From Myxococcota bacterium (GTDB taxonomy: Bacteria > Myxococcota_A > UBA796 > SXON01): DNA of 47,700 bases. How positions within the stretch are numbered: position 1 is the first letter of the stretch; each line of letters opens with the position of its first letter. The stretch is taken from NCBI GenBank assembly GCA_040386535.1, contig JAZKFH010000041.1, positions 1-47,700 on the forward strand, in the 5' to 3' direction. Positions 9,168 to 18,905 of the stretch are shown here, piece by piece. Under the pieces are notes generated by a model, which was not told the origin of the DNA, did not search any database, and worked only from the letters and a program-made list of their open reading frames with translations. Made by a program: the position numbers and the translations under genes.

Positions 9168-9677
9168 ATGCTGATGTTCGTTCTTGCCGCGCACGCCGCG
9201 GATCCGACCGCGCTCGCGCCATTTCGTATCGGTGCGGCCGAACGTGGCAACCTCGAGATCGAACAGGAGGATTGGACGGCCGAGCTCTCCGCCGCGCTCA
9301 CGGAGGCGGGGAGCCCGGTCGACAATGGCGCTGCGGCGCGGCTCAGCGCGGTGGTCCGCACCTCGGCGTGCCTCCGTGTGTGGGAAGGGGCCCTGTCGCT
9401 CAAGCGTTGTCTCCCCACGGACATGGACCAGGCGCTGCACGCCACGGTGGTGATCGCGTCCGGCAACTCGACCGGGAGCGGCGTGCTCGTATCTCCCGAC
9501 GGGTGGGTGCTCACCGCGGCCCACGTCATCGGCACCACCGGGACCCCCACCGTGCGCACGCGCGGCGGTGTCACCGCCCCGGCGACCGTCGTGCGCATCG
9601 ACCGGGACCACGCTCTCGCGCTGCCTGCTCGAGCCGTAGCACCCCGCTCGGAGCCGCTCACCGGCACCGCCGCTTGA
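9168..9677 (+). pseudogene. Truncated trypsin-like (S1C) serine protease
   Basis: GSGVLVSPDGWVLTAAHV is intact, but the Asp motif is decayed (DRDHALAL) and there is no GNSGG serine motif; the ORF ends overlapping the convergent gene. Confidence 0.65.
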
Positions 9678-10803
9678 CCGCGTACCCATACGGCACCGGC
9701 CAACTTGGCTCCTGGTCGAGCGTGTGTTGGGACTTCAGGGCCCAGTAGGGCTCGCGGAGCAGCTCGCGGCCGAGCATGACGAGGTCGGCGTCGCCGCCGG
9801 TGATGATCTCGTCGGCGTGCGCGGTCTCGGTGATGAGGCCGACGGCGGCGGTGGGGATGCCCACCTCCTCGCGGATGCGCCGCGCGAAGGGCACCTGGTA
9901 GCCGCGCGCGACGGGGATGTGCGCCCGCGGCGCGCTGCCGCCGGAGGACACGTCCACGAGATCGACGCCCACATCGGCGAGGCGCCCGGAAAGGTGCACC
10001 GCCTGCTCGATGTCCCAGGCGCCCGGCACCCAGTCGGTGGCCGAGATCCGGGTGAACAGGAGCAGGTCGTCCGGCATGGCCTGCCGCATCCGGTCGGCCA
10101 CCCGGCGCACCAGCCGGATGCGATTCTCGAGGTCACCCCCGTAGCGGTCCGTGCGGCGGTTGGAGAGCGGCGAGAGGAACTCGTGGAGCAGGTAGCCGTG
10201 CGCGGCGTGCAGCTCGATGACCTGGAACCCGGCCGCGACCGCGCGCCGCGTGGCGGCCTCGAATGCGTGGATGATCGCCTCGATCTCGGCGTCGGTGAGC
10301 TCCTTCGGCTCGGGGCCGTGCTCGTCGAAGGGCAGGGCGCTCGGCCCCACCACCTCCCACCCGCCGTCGTGAATCGGAATCCACCCGCCCCCCTCCCAAG
10401 GCGGCTTGGAGCTTCCCTTGCGCCCGGCGTGGGCGAGCTGGATGCCGGCCACCGCGCCCTGCTCCTTCACGAACGCCGCGATCGTCACGAGCGGCGCGGC
10501 GTGCGCGTCGCTCCAGAGTCCCACGTCGGCGGGGGAGATGCGCCCCTGCGGCGTCACCGCGGTCGCCTCCACACACACGAAGCCGGCGCCGCCCACCGCG
10601 CGGCTCCCCAGGTGGACGAGGTGCCAGTTGTGCGCCATCCCCTCGCGCGCCATGTATTGACACATCGGCGACATCGCGATGCGATTGCGGAAGGTCACGC
10701 CCCGCAGCGTGAGCGGCGAGAGCAGGTCGTTCTCGGGCACCTCGCGGTCGTGCTCGCTGTCCGTCGGGCTGCGGTGTACGCCCGGCGGGTGGGTCGGTTC
10801 CAT
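9658..10803 (-). CDS. NADH:flavin oxidoreductase / old yellow enzyme (YqjM/NamA-like)
   Basis: NRIAMSPMCQY, EATAV, GIQLAHAGRK, ELHAAHGYLLHEFLSPLSNRRTDRYGG, GRELLREPYW. Confidence 0.95.
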   Translation of the reverse strand: MEPTHPPGVHRSPTDSEHDREVPENDLLSPLTLRGVTFRNRIAMSPMCQYMAREGMAHNWHLVHLGSRAVGGAGFVCVEATAVTPQGRISPADVGLWSDAHAAPLVTIAAFVKEQGAVAGIQLAHAGRKGSSKPPWEGGGWIPIHDGGWEVVGPSALPFDEHGPEPKELTDAEIEAIIHAFEAATRRAVAAGFQVIELHAAHGYLLHEFLSPLSNRRTDRYGGDLENRIRLVRRVADRMRQAMPDDLLLFTRISATDWVPGAWDIEQAVHLSGRLADVGVDLVDVSSGGSAPRAHIPVARGYQVPFARRIREEVGIPTAAVGLITETAHADEIITGGDADLVMLGRELLREPYWALKSQHTLDQEPSWPVPYGYAVKRRCR

Positions 10804-10892
10804 CGCGCCTCCGTCAGACGCTCGTCGCGTCGTACCGGGGGGCGGGTCACGAAGGTTCTTTCCGTTGGTGGGGGTGGTCGTACGGTGGCGGT

Positions 10893-11052
10893 GGGCGCCC
10901 CCCGCGCGGACGCGGGGCGGGTGCCTTGCGGGGTCGGCCCGTGGGGCCTCCGTCGCCCGGCTGCGCGCCGGTCGACTGGCGCGGGCCTTGACGCTGGCGT
11001 GATCGTCGGCCGCCTGGGGGGCCCGCGCCACCCTCCAGGCCCCCTGGCGCGG
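10893..11052. repeat. Dispersed structured intergenic element, divergent copy E
   Basis: Shares the 5' GGGCGCCCC-CCGCGCGGACGCGG and 3' CCCTCC...CCCCTGGCGCGG ends with the other copies; the middle has diverged. Confidence 0.5.
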
Positions 11053-11205
11053 GGTGGCGTTGGGAGTTGGCGCGGGGGGGGGGCGTCCGAGAATCGTCGC
11101 GACATGGCGGCGGGGCGTGGCGCCCGGCGGATCCACCTCTCCGCGGCGGTAGCGTCCCGTCAAGTGGTGTACGACGGTCACGGGGGTGCTCGTCAGGGCC
11201 TTCGT

Positions 11206-11447
11206 GGCCTGGGTGAGGCTGCACCCCGCGTGTTTGGCACCCTGCAGGTGACGAACGGCCTGGGTGAGGCGGCACCCCGCGTGTTTGGCACCCTGTAGGT
11301 GACGAACGGCCTGGGTGAGGCGGCACCCCGCGCGTTTGGCACCCTGTAGGTGACGAACGGCCTGGGTGAGGCGGCACCCCGCGCGTTTGGCACCCTGTAG
11401 GTGACGAACGGCCTGGGTGAGGGAGCACCCCGCGCGTTTGGCACCCT
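11206..11447. repeat. Tandem array, about 4.7 x 51 bp
   Basis: GGCCTGGGTGAGGCGGCACCCCGCGCGTTTGGCACCCTGTAGGTGACGAAC starting at 11206, 11257, 11308, 11359 and 11410; no spacers. Confidence 0.95.
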
Positions 11448-11962
11448 CCCGCTCGGTCTCCGCTCTTCCGGCCGCCCTCTGGGCCCCGGAGGCACCCCTG
11501 TCGAGCAGGTCCCGCTCGGTGGCCGGCGTAGGGCATCGCGACGCCCCGGGTGCCGCCGCGCAAGTGTGTGGGCCCTTCGGCGCGCCGGTGAGGCAGGCGC
11601 GTATGGCCCCCGTCCGTCGGCGGCTCGACAAGCGGTTGCGCCGGCCCCGCAAGGGTAGCGTCAAGCGGGACGCCACGCGCGCCGAGCGCCGGGCAGCGCA
11701 GCGGCGCTCGCGATGACCATCGTTGCGTACTCGGCGGCCACGCGATCGTAGGGCGCGCCGTGCCGATCCCGGAGCCCTCGCCCGCGGCGTTCCGCATCTG
11801 CCCGGTTCCGGAGCGGCACTCGGACGCCGATGGAGGCGGGGTCGCGCTGCCGAGCGCGCCGCCACCATGCCCGCGGCCAGACGCGCCCCCGCCCACGCAT
11901 CGCCCACCCATCCCCGCGCCCGACACCCCTCACCGACCCGCTCGAGGCGATATCCTCCCGGG

Positions 11963-14125
11963 ATGTCGGAACGAGCCGAGGCCCCCCAGCCGCCCCCGGA
12001 AGGCCCGGCGGGCCCCGTAGAGAGCGAGCTCGGCGCCGCCCTCGCGCGGGTCGCGCCGAAGGTCGCGCCCGAGGTGGGCAACGACCTGGAGCAGATCCTG
12101 CTCGCGATGGAGCCCGCGGGAGACCTGCCCGCGCGCCTCGAGACGGTGGTCGCGCTCGCCACGTGGCTCCGCGACGCGGCGCCCCTCGATCTGCCCGATC
12201 ACGCCACGGTCGGCGAGGGGTCGGGGGCCGGGCGCGTATGGCTGCTGGTCGAGGTGCTCCGCGCCGCGCCGCGGTGGCGGGCGGCCCTCGGGCGCCTCGT
12301 CACGGGGGTGCTGATGGAGTCCTCCGCGCTGCGCCTGTTCGCGCGCACGGGGCTCCCCTCGGAGCTGCGGTTCTTCTCCGAGTTCGTGGACCGCCTGATC
12401 GGGCGCGCGTTGCCCCGCCCGCCCGAGCACGCATGCCTCGCGTCGCTCACCGCCCGCATCTTCCCCGACGCGCGCTCCACGCGCTGGTTGGACGCGGCGC
12501 ACCCCCCCCTCGTGGTCGACCTCGCCGGGCTGCTGCTCGGCGGGCACGCCGACCTCGCCCTCGCCGCGCGCCAGCAGCTCCACGGCCAGGCGGGCGAGGC
12601 GCTGGCCCTGCTGACCATCCGCGCGGCGTCGCTCGGGCTGGATGACGACATCCGCTCGCGCAGCGCGGTCGCGCACGTCGGCAACCTCCCGCTGTTGGCG
12701 CTCGCACGCACCGCCGCCGCGTACCTCGGGGCCCGCAGTCGCGCGGACGCGGGAGACCCCGACGGCGAGGCCGAGGCCTCGCGCCTCCGGGCCGAGGCGG
12801 TCGCCCACGTGGCGGCGGGGCGTGACGTGCTCGAGCGGGTCGCCACCCACCTCGACGTGGGCGGCGTGAGTGTCGACCTCGTGTTCCGCGTCGAGCTCCT
12901 CGGCCGGCTGCTCGATCGGGCCGAGAACCTCCTCGCGCTGCTCGACACCGACCCCCACGAAGCCGCGCACCGTCGTAACCGCGGGGTCCGCTTCTTCCGC
13001 GACCTCGTCGGGCAGGCCATCGCCGACCGCAGCCTCGTGGCGTTGGTCCAGCGGAACAGCCGCCTCCTCGCGCGCCGCATCATCGAGCGCGCCGCGGAGA
13101 CCGGCGAGCACTACATCACCGCGACCCGCGCGGAGTGGCACGCGATGGTGCGCTCGGCGGCGGGCGGGGGCCTGCTCACCGCCGGCACCACCGTCATCAA
13201 GTTCTGGCTGGCCGCGGCGCACCTCCCGCTCTTCTTCCAGGCGGCGTTCGCCGGGCTGAACTACGCGAGCAGCTTCGTCGCCCTCCAGGCCCTCGGGTTC
13301 ACGCTCGCCACCAAGCAGCCCTCGATGACCGCGGCCGCCATCGCCGCCAACATCCACTACGCCGGCCGCGGCGGGCTCGATCCGCTCGTCGAGACCATCG
13401 CGCGTACCCTGCGCTCCCAGCTCGCCGCGCTCATCGGCAACCTCGGCATGGTCGTCCCCGCCGCGGTCGGCGTCCACCTCATCTCCACCGGGTGGACCGG
13501 CAAGCCGTTCCTCGACTTCGAGACGGCGCACTACGTCATCAAGTCACATCACCCGCTCCACAGCGGCTCCCTGTTCTACGCGGCGCTGACGGGTGTGCTC
13601 CTCTGGTTCTCGAGCGTCCTCGGCGGCTGGGGGGAGAACTGGAGCGCGCTGCACCGCTTGCCGGAGGCCATCGCCCAACACCCCACCCTGCTGCGGTGGC
13701 TGGGCCCGGCGCGCACCGAGGCCCTGTCCCGCGCCTTCGTGCGCCACGTGTCGGGCATCGGCAGCAACATCTCGCTCGGCCTCCTGCTCGGCGCCACGCC
13801 CATCGCCGGCGCGTTCTTCGGCGCCCCGGTGGACGTGCGGCACGTCACCCTCTCCACCGCCAGCCTCACGCTCGCGGGCGCGTCGGTGGGGCCCCTCGCG
13901 GTGGTGGAGCCGGCCTTCCGTGAGGCCGTGGTCGGCATCATGCTCATCGGCCTGCTCAACTTCTCCGTCAGCTTCGCCCTGGCGCTCGCGGTGGCCGTGC
14001 GCGCGCGCAACGTGCCCTTCAGCGCGGTCGTCGGGCTCCTGGGCGCCGTGATCGTGCGCTTCGTGCGTTACCCGATGAGCTTCTTCTACCCACCCAAGGG
14101 TGCGGTTTCGAGCGCGGAGCACTGA
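11963..14125 (+). CDS. Gcr / 'site-specific recombinase' family membrane protein (SpecificRecomb)
   Basis: GEHYIT..R.EW, NYASSFV..Q..GFTLATKQPSMTAAAIA, RSQLAALIGN, DVRHVTLST, LNFSVSF; TATCCT 6 nt before ATG 11963. Confidence 0.85.
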   Translation: MSERAEAPQPPPEGPAGPVESELGAALARVAPKVAPEVGNDLEQILLAMEPAGDLPARLETVVALATWLRDAAPLDLPDHATVGEGSGAGRVWLLVEVLRAAPRWRAALGRLVTGVLMESSALRLFARTGLPSELRFFSEFVDRLIGRALPRPPEHACLASLTARIFPDARSTRWLDAAHPPLVVDLAGLLLGGHADLALAARQQLHGQAGEALALLTIRAASLGLDDDIRSRSAVAHVGNLPLLALARTAAAYLGARSRADAGDPDGEAEASRLRAEAVAHVAAGRDVLERVATHLDVGGVSVDLVFRVELLGRLLDRAENLLALLDTDPHEAAHRRNRGVRFFRDLVGQAIADRSLVALVQRNSRLLARRIIERAAETGEHYITATRAEWHAMVRSAAGGGLLTAGTTVIKFWLAAAHLPLFFQAAFAGLNYASSFVALQALGFTLATKQPSMTAAAIAANIHYAGRGGLDPLVETIARTLRSQLAALIGNLGMVVPAAVGVHLISTGWTGKPFLDFETAHYVIKSHHPLHSGSLFYAALTGVLLWFSSVLGGWGENWSALHRLPEAIAQHPTLLRWLGPARTEALSRAFVRHVSGIGSNISLGLLLGATPIAGAFFGAPVDVRHVTLSTASLTLAGASVGPLAVVEPAFREAVVGIMLIGLLNFSVSFALALAVAVRARNVPFSAVVGLLGAVIVRFVRYPMSFFYPPKGAVSSAEH

Positions 14126-14126
14126 C

Positions 14127-15431
14127 ATGATCTGGCTCCTCCTCGCGTGCACCTCCGCGCCGCCCGATACCGCGGTGTCCGACACGGCGGATACCGACAC
14201 GGATACGGATACCGATACCGATACGGACACCGATACGGACACCGACACCGATACGGACACCGACACCGATACGGACACCGACACCGGCACAACGATCGAC
14301 CCCATCGACGCCGACGCCCACGGGTGGTTCGCCGACCTCGACTGTGACGACACGAACGCCTCCGTCTGGCCCGGCGCGCCCGAGCATTGCGACGGCGTCC
14401 GGAACGATTGTGACGCCACGGGCTGGACTGGTACGGAAGAGACGGGCCTCGCCGCCTGGATCGACGCCGCCGGGGTGTACACCGACCTGACCGCCACCTT
14501 CGCCGCGGGGACCGACGCCGCCGCCGTCCCCTGGACGCTGCCCGACGAGGGCACGGTGAACCTGTGCCAGGGCGAGTGGTACGTCGCGATGGAGAGCGCC
14601 TCGGCCACGACCGTCTCCATCGTCGGGGTGTGGGGCGCCGACGCGACCGGGTGGAGCAGCGACAGTGACACAGGCCGCAGCCTTTTCCTGGCAACCGGCG
14701 GCGAGGACGTGCGGGTCGAGGGCCTCCGCATGCATGACGGCGAGGGCGGGCCCGACCGCGGTGACATCTCGGGCCGGAGCGGCGGCGTCGTGTATCTCGG
14801 GGGTGGGAGCCTCACGTTGGTCGACATGGTGGTAGAGGCCAACCAGGCCCGCAACGGCGGCGCGATCTACACCGACACGGCCACCCTCACCACGTCCGGC
14901 ACGCGCTTCGTCGACAACTACGGCGACGCCGGCGGCGTCCTGTACATGGTCCACACCGACGCCACCTTCACCGACACCGTGTTCGCCGACAACTCCGCCT
15001 ACATGCGCTCTGGTGCGGGCGGCGCGATCGTGCACCTGGGCAGCGGCGCGCTGGTCCTCGACACCTGCGAGGTCACCGGAAACTTCGCCGCGATCGCCGG
15101 GGGCATCTACGCGCCCATGACTGCCACCGTGCTCACCGACACCGTGATCTCGGGCAACATCTCCTCGTCCCACCCCGCGATCCGTGGCAGCGAGGTGACC
15201 TGTAACAAATCGGGCTCTGTCACGGCCGGCTTCCTCCAGAACGTCGGCGTGGGTGACACCGACGCCGGCTCCCCGGCCGTCTGGGCGGCGACCTCGTTCG
15301 TCTCGAACGGCTGCGACTTCGGCACCGGCGCGGCAGACAACACCGGCGGCGACGTGGGCGTGCCCGACGGCGCGACCTACACGTATGGGGACGACGCCAC
15401 CTTCTCATGTGACACCGCCGGGTGCTACTGA
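14127..15431 (+). CDS. Lipoprotein: (DT)16 linker, MopE-like metal-binding motif, beta-helix (GGAI repeats)
   Basis: MIWLLLAC; DT tract at 14190-14285; DCDDTNASVWPGAPEHCDGVRNDCD; repeated GGAIY/F.DN motifs. Confidence 0.85.
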   Translation: MIWLLLACTSAPPDTAVSDTADTDTDTDTDTDTDTDTDTDTDTDTDTDTDTDTGTTIDPIDADAHGWFADLDCDDTNASVWPGAPEHCDGVRNDCDATGWTGTEETGLAAWIDAAGVYTDLTATFAAGTDAAAVPWTLPDEGTVNLCQGEWYVAMESASATTVSIVGVWGADATGWSSDSDTGRSLFLATGGEDVRVEGLRMHDGEGGPDRGDISGRSGGVVYLGGGSLTLVDMVVEANQARNGGAIYTDTATLTTSGTRFVDNYGDAGGVLYMVHTDATFTDTVFADNSAYMRSGAGGAIVHLGSGALVLDTCEVTGNFAAIAGGIYAPMTATVLTDTVISGNISSSHPAIRGSEVTCNKSGSVTAGFLQNVGVGDTDAGSPAVWAATSFVSNGCDFGTGAADNTGGDVGVPDGATYTYGDDATFSCDTAGCY

Positions 15432-15509
15432 CAGGCGAGAGCGGCACGGACGGCCCCCCGCGTTGGTCCCAATCCATCGAAGCCCCCGACCGCGCTGGCA
15501 GAGCTGGGT

Positions 15510-15659
15510 GGGCGCCCCGGGCGGACCCGGGCAGGTCGGCTCCGGGCGCGCGGCTGGCGCCGCTTGGTCGGCCGGGCGAAGCGTCTCCGTGCTCCGGAGG
15601 CGGGTGCGCCCGGCCGGACCAGCCGCCCGAGGCGGCTGCCCTCCGCGCCCTTGGCGCAG
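15510..15659. repeat. Dispersed structured intergenic element, copy B
   Basis: Near-identical blocks with 23771-23924 (GTCGGCTCCGGGCGCGCGGCTGGCGCCGCTTGGTCGGCCGGGCG ... GCCCGGCCGGACCAGCCGCC). Confidence 0.88.
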
Positions 15660-15728
15660 CCGCCCCGACGGTTGCCCCGGCCGGACCCTCGCGAACCAGC
15701 CCCCAACATGCCCGCCCGGCGGCCACCG

Positions 15729-15945
15729 CTGCGGCCAAGGTCAGGGGACCTTTGGGGAAAGGGGGTGCCTGGATGGCCGCCCTGCGGCCAAGGTCGGGGG
15801 ACCTTTGGGGAAAGGGGGTGCCTGAATGGCCGCCCTGCGGCCAAGGTCGGGGGACCTTTGGGGAAAGGGGGTGCCTGGATGGCCGGAGCGCGGCCAAGTG
15901 CAGGGGACCTTTGCCGAAAGGGGGTGCCTCGGTGGCCACCTGCGG
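15729..15945. repeat. Tandem array, 4 x 53 bp, with internal hairpin
   Basis: GCGGCCAAG...GACCTTTGGGGAAAGGGGGTGCCT..ATGGCC at 15731, 15784, 15837 and 15890; CCTTT-GGGG-AAAGG stem. Confidence 0.92.
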
Positions 15946-16173
15946 GGCAGGCCAAGGCCACCAACGCGCCGCGCAAGGGCGTGCCCGCCATCTTCGAGAG
16001 CCGCGCGGCGCTCGGGATCGCGGCCCACCTCGCCACACCGCCCCGCCTCGGCAGGCGCCGCGCCGCGCTGACAGGCGGCGGGACCAGCGCATCGTCCCCC
16101 TGACGGACCGGCACGTCGGCCTCCACCACCCCCGCGAAACCCCGGCCGGGCCCCCGCTCCCTCCGCGGCTCGA

Positions 16174-17169
16174 CTACTGTTTTCCTGGCAACCCCAGTGG
16201 CAAACCGAACCGTGGGAACAAGTCCTGCGCGTCGAGAAAGTGGTTCATCCCCACGATGTGGCCGCCCTCGATGTCGAGCACGATGAGCGCCCACGCCACG
16301 TGCCCGCCCCCGGGGCCGGCAGAGCGGTATTGGCCGAAGGCGGGCGCGCCGTTGGCGAAGGTTGGGAGCAGGCGCGAGCCGCGGCAGCCGGCGCCCGTGC
16401 CGAGGAGCCACGTGCGGATGGACGCATGTCCCTGGAACCACAGGGGGAAGGGCGGCATCGACAGCGTCGCGTCCTCGTGGAGCAGCGCGGTGAGCGCGTC
16501 CACGTCGTAGCGCTCGAAGGCGTCGACGTAGCGGTGCAGGAGCGTGGACTCCACGTCGGAGAGCGGCGTGGGCGCCCGGGTGAGGTCGTGGGCGGCGAGC
16601 GTGGCGCGGGCGCGTTGGAGCGCGCTGTTGACGGACGCGACGGACGTGTCGAGGCTCTCGGCCACCTCGGCGGCGGGCCAGCCGAGTACCTCGCGGAGCA
16701 GCAGCACCGCGCGTTGCCGGGGCGCGAGGTATTGCAGCGCGGCCACGAACGCGAGGCGGATCCCCTCGCGCAGCGTCACGAGCTCGGCGGGATCGGCATC
16801 GGCGGGCAGCGCGAGCGCGTCGGGGATGGGCTGGAGCCACCTGGACCCGGGGAGCGCGTCGCCCGGCGGCCCGTGGGGCGAGCCGGCGGGGCCCAGCGCC
16901 ATCGGACGCTCACGGCGTGCGCGATCCTCGAGGGCGTCGAGACACACCCGCGTCGCGATGCGGTACAGCCACGACCGCACCGACGCGCGCCCCTCGAACC
17001 GCTCGAGGCTCCGCCACGCCCGCACCATCGTCTCCTGCACGGCGTCCTCGGCCTCGGACACCGAGCCCAACATGCGGTAGCAGTGCCCGGTCAGCCGCGC
17101 GCGGTGCTGCTCGAGGTGGTCGGCGGTCGGCGCGGCGGTCACGACGGTCTGGGAGGGGTGCTCGGCCAT
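16174..17169 (-). CDS. ECF sigma-70 factor with C-terminal SnoaL-like domain (SigG-like)
   Basis: [21 protein letters not shown]...[37 protein letters not shown], then [26 protein letters not shown]. Confidence 0.92.
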   Translation of the reverse strand: MAEHPSQTVVTAAPTADHLEQHRARLTGHCYRMLGSVSEAEDAVQETMVRAWRSLERFEGRASVRSWLYRIATRVCLDALEDRARRERPMALGPAGSPHGPPGDALPGSRWLQPIPDALALPADADPAELVTLREGIRLAFVAALQYLAPRQRAVLLLREVLGWPAAEVAESLDTSVASVNSALQRARATLAAHDLTRAPTPLSDVESTLLHRYVDAFERYDVDALTALLHEDATLSMPPFPLWFQGHASIRTWLLGTGAGCRGSRLLPTFANGAPAFGQYRSAGPGGGHVAWALIVLDIEGGHIVGMNHFLDAQDLFPRFGLPLGLPGKQ

Positions 17170-17561
17170 CGGCAGGACGTATCCGATCGGGTGCGGCGTG
17201 GGAGGGGCGCCGCCTGGGAGCCTCCGCGGGATCCCTCCAGCCACCTGGCGCGGCGTGGCCTCCGGCCTCGGGGCTCGGCTCCGGGAGGAAGATCCCGAAA
17301 ATGAAAAGGGTGCCCGAACGCCCGGCTGCCCTCGGCCCGCCCGAGCCGCGGTCGGCCTGCCATGGGTGTGCCTGCCAATCGTGGGCGGCCGTCGCAGTAC
17401 ACGCTGGTGCTGGTGGACAGGGAGCGCAGGGGAGGAACGCTCGGCCTTGGTGCGGGGACGCACCCGTCGGGTGGTGTTCACGCGCAGTGAACACCTTCGT
17501 CTCGACCGCACACGTGCTCGCCACTAAAAACTGACGCTCGCCCCCACCCAACGGAGCGAGA

Positions 17562-18854
17562 ATGGACATTATCCTGTTTTGGAACGCCGTGGCGATGCGA
17601 GCGATCCGGACCGACTACACGACCGACACGGAGGCGATCGATCCGGGGCCCGACGTCCAGCAGCCGGGCCCGACGCACACCTCGCACGCGATGGCGATGG
17701 TGCACATCGGGATGTTCAACGCCTTCAGCACGGGGCCCACGTGGCAGGGCTTTGCGTCGGCGCCCGCGGGCATGACCGTCGAGACGCGCCGGGTGGCCGT
17801 CTCCAAGGCGGCACGGGACCTGTTGGTGGATCGGTACTCGGCGCAGGCTGCCACGTTCGACGCGGAGTACGTCACGGCGCTCGCCCAGATCGGGCGGAAC
17901 GCGGACGTCGCGGCCGGCGAGGAGCGGGGCGCCGCCGCCGCCGCCGCCGTCCTCGCCGCGCGGGTGGGGGACGGGTCGAACGCGCCGGACGGGGGGTACG
18001 CCCAGCAGCCGGAGGTCTACAAGCACGACGAAAGCCGGGGGAACTTTGGATTCGCGTGGGGGAACGTGCTCCCCTTCTGCGTGGCGAACGTGACCACCCA
18101 TTTGCCGGGCGTCCCCTGGAATCCGGCTCAGTACGCGATCGACCACGCGGAGGTGCGCGTGAAGGGGAGCGTCGCGACGCCGGCGCATAACCGCAACCCC
18201 GTCGAGACCGAGATCGGGCTCTTCTGGGCCTATGACGGCGCGCGCAACATCGGGGTGCCGCCGCTGCTGTACAACCAGGTGGTGCGGGCGATCGTGGCGA
18301 CGAAGGGCGATGTCACCGAGGAGACCAACGCGCGGTTGTTCGCGGTGGTCAACGTGGCGCTCGCGGACGCCGGCATCCAGTGCTGGGCGGAGAAGTACCA
18401 CTTCCGGCTGTGGCGCCCGGACCTGGGCATCACCAACCCCGGCAACCACGCCCTCCCGACGCCGTCGGACCCGAACTGGAGGGCGTTCGGAGCCCCGACG
18501 ACCAACCAGCGTGACCGTCCCGCGGGGACTCCCCCTTTCCCCGCGTACCCCTCCGGCCACGCCACGTTCGGCGCCGCGAGCCTGCGCGCCGCGGAGCTCG
18601 TGCTCGCCCTGCCTGAGGGCTTCACCTTCGACTTCACCTCCGACGAGCTCGATGGTGTGGCCGTCGACACCCCCCCGCGGCCGGACGTCGCCGTCACCCA
18701 CCGCCTGACCATCGACACCGCCATCCGGGAGAACCTCGAGAGTCGCGTGTTCCTCGGCGTCCATTGGCGCTTGGACGGCATCGAGGGAGACAGGAACGGC
18801 CGGGTCGTGGGAGAGTTGGTCGCGGCCAACTTTCCCGCGCGGATTCAAGCGTAG
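17562..18854 (+). CDS. Vanadium-dependent haloperoxidase (chloroperoxidase-like)
   Basis: Vanadate motifs KYHFRLWRP, PPFPAYPSGHATFG and SRVFLGVHWR, plus FWAYDG..IG.PP..YNQ.VR as in Curvularia-type VCPO. Confidence 0.88.
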   Translation: MDIILFWNAVAMRAIRTDYTTDTEAIDPGPDVQQPGPTHTSHAMAMVHIGMFNAFSTGPTWQGFASAPAGMTVETRRVAVSKAARDLLVDRYSAQAATFDAEYVTALAQIGRNADVAAGEERGAAAAAAVLAARVGDGSNAPDGGYAQQPEVYKHDESRGNFGFAWGNVLPFCVANVTTHLPGVPWNPAQYAIDHAEVRVKGSVATPAHNRNPVETEIGLFWAYDGARNIGVPPLLYNQVVRAIVATKGDVTEETNARLFAVVNVALADAGIQCWAEKYHFRLWRPDLGITNPGNHALPTPSDPNWRAFGAPTTNQRDRPAGTPPFPAYPSGHATFGAASLRAAELVLALPEGFTFDFTSDELDGVAVDTPPRPDVAVTHRLTIDTAIRENLESRVFLGVHWRLDGIEGDRNGRVVGELVAANFPARIQA

Positions 18855-18879
18855 GTCGACGCAGGACAGGCGACCGGAG

Positions 18880-18905
18880 GGCCCCTCGCCGAGACGCGAG
18901 GGGCC
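18880..18905 (+). terminator. GC hairpin after the haloperoxidase gene (possible terminator or stabiliser)
   Basis: GGCCCCTCGC-CGAGAC-GCGAGGGGCC; no U-tract. Confidence 0.35.

Noticed and set aside
11206..11447. 51-bp array as CRISPR or as a 17-aa repeat extension of the oxidoreductase (ORF 9658..12162)
   Set aside because: Units are contiguous with no unique spacers and no cas genes are present. The enzyme's family homology starts near 10803 and the extension is low-complexity, so the open frame likely follows from the period being a multiple of 3.
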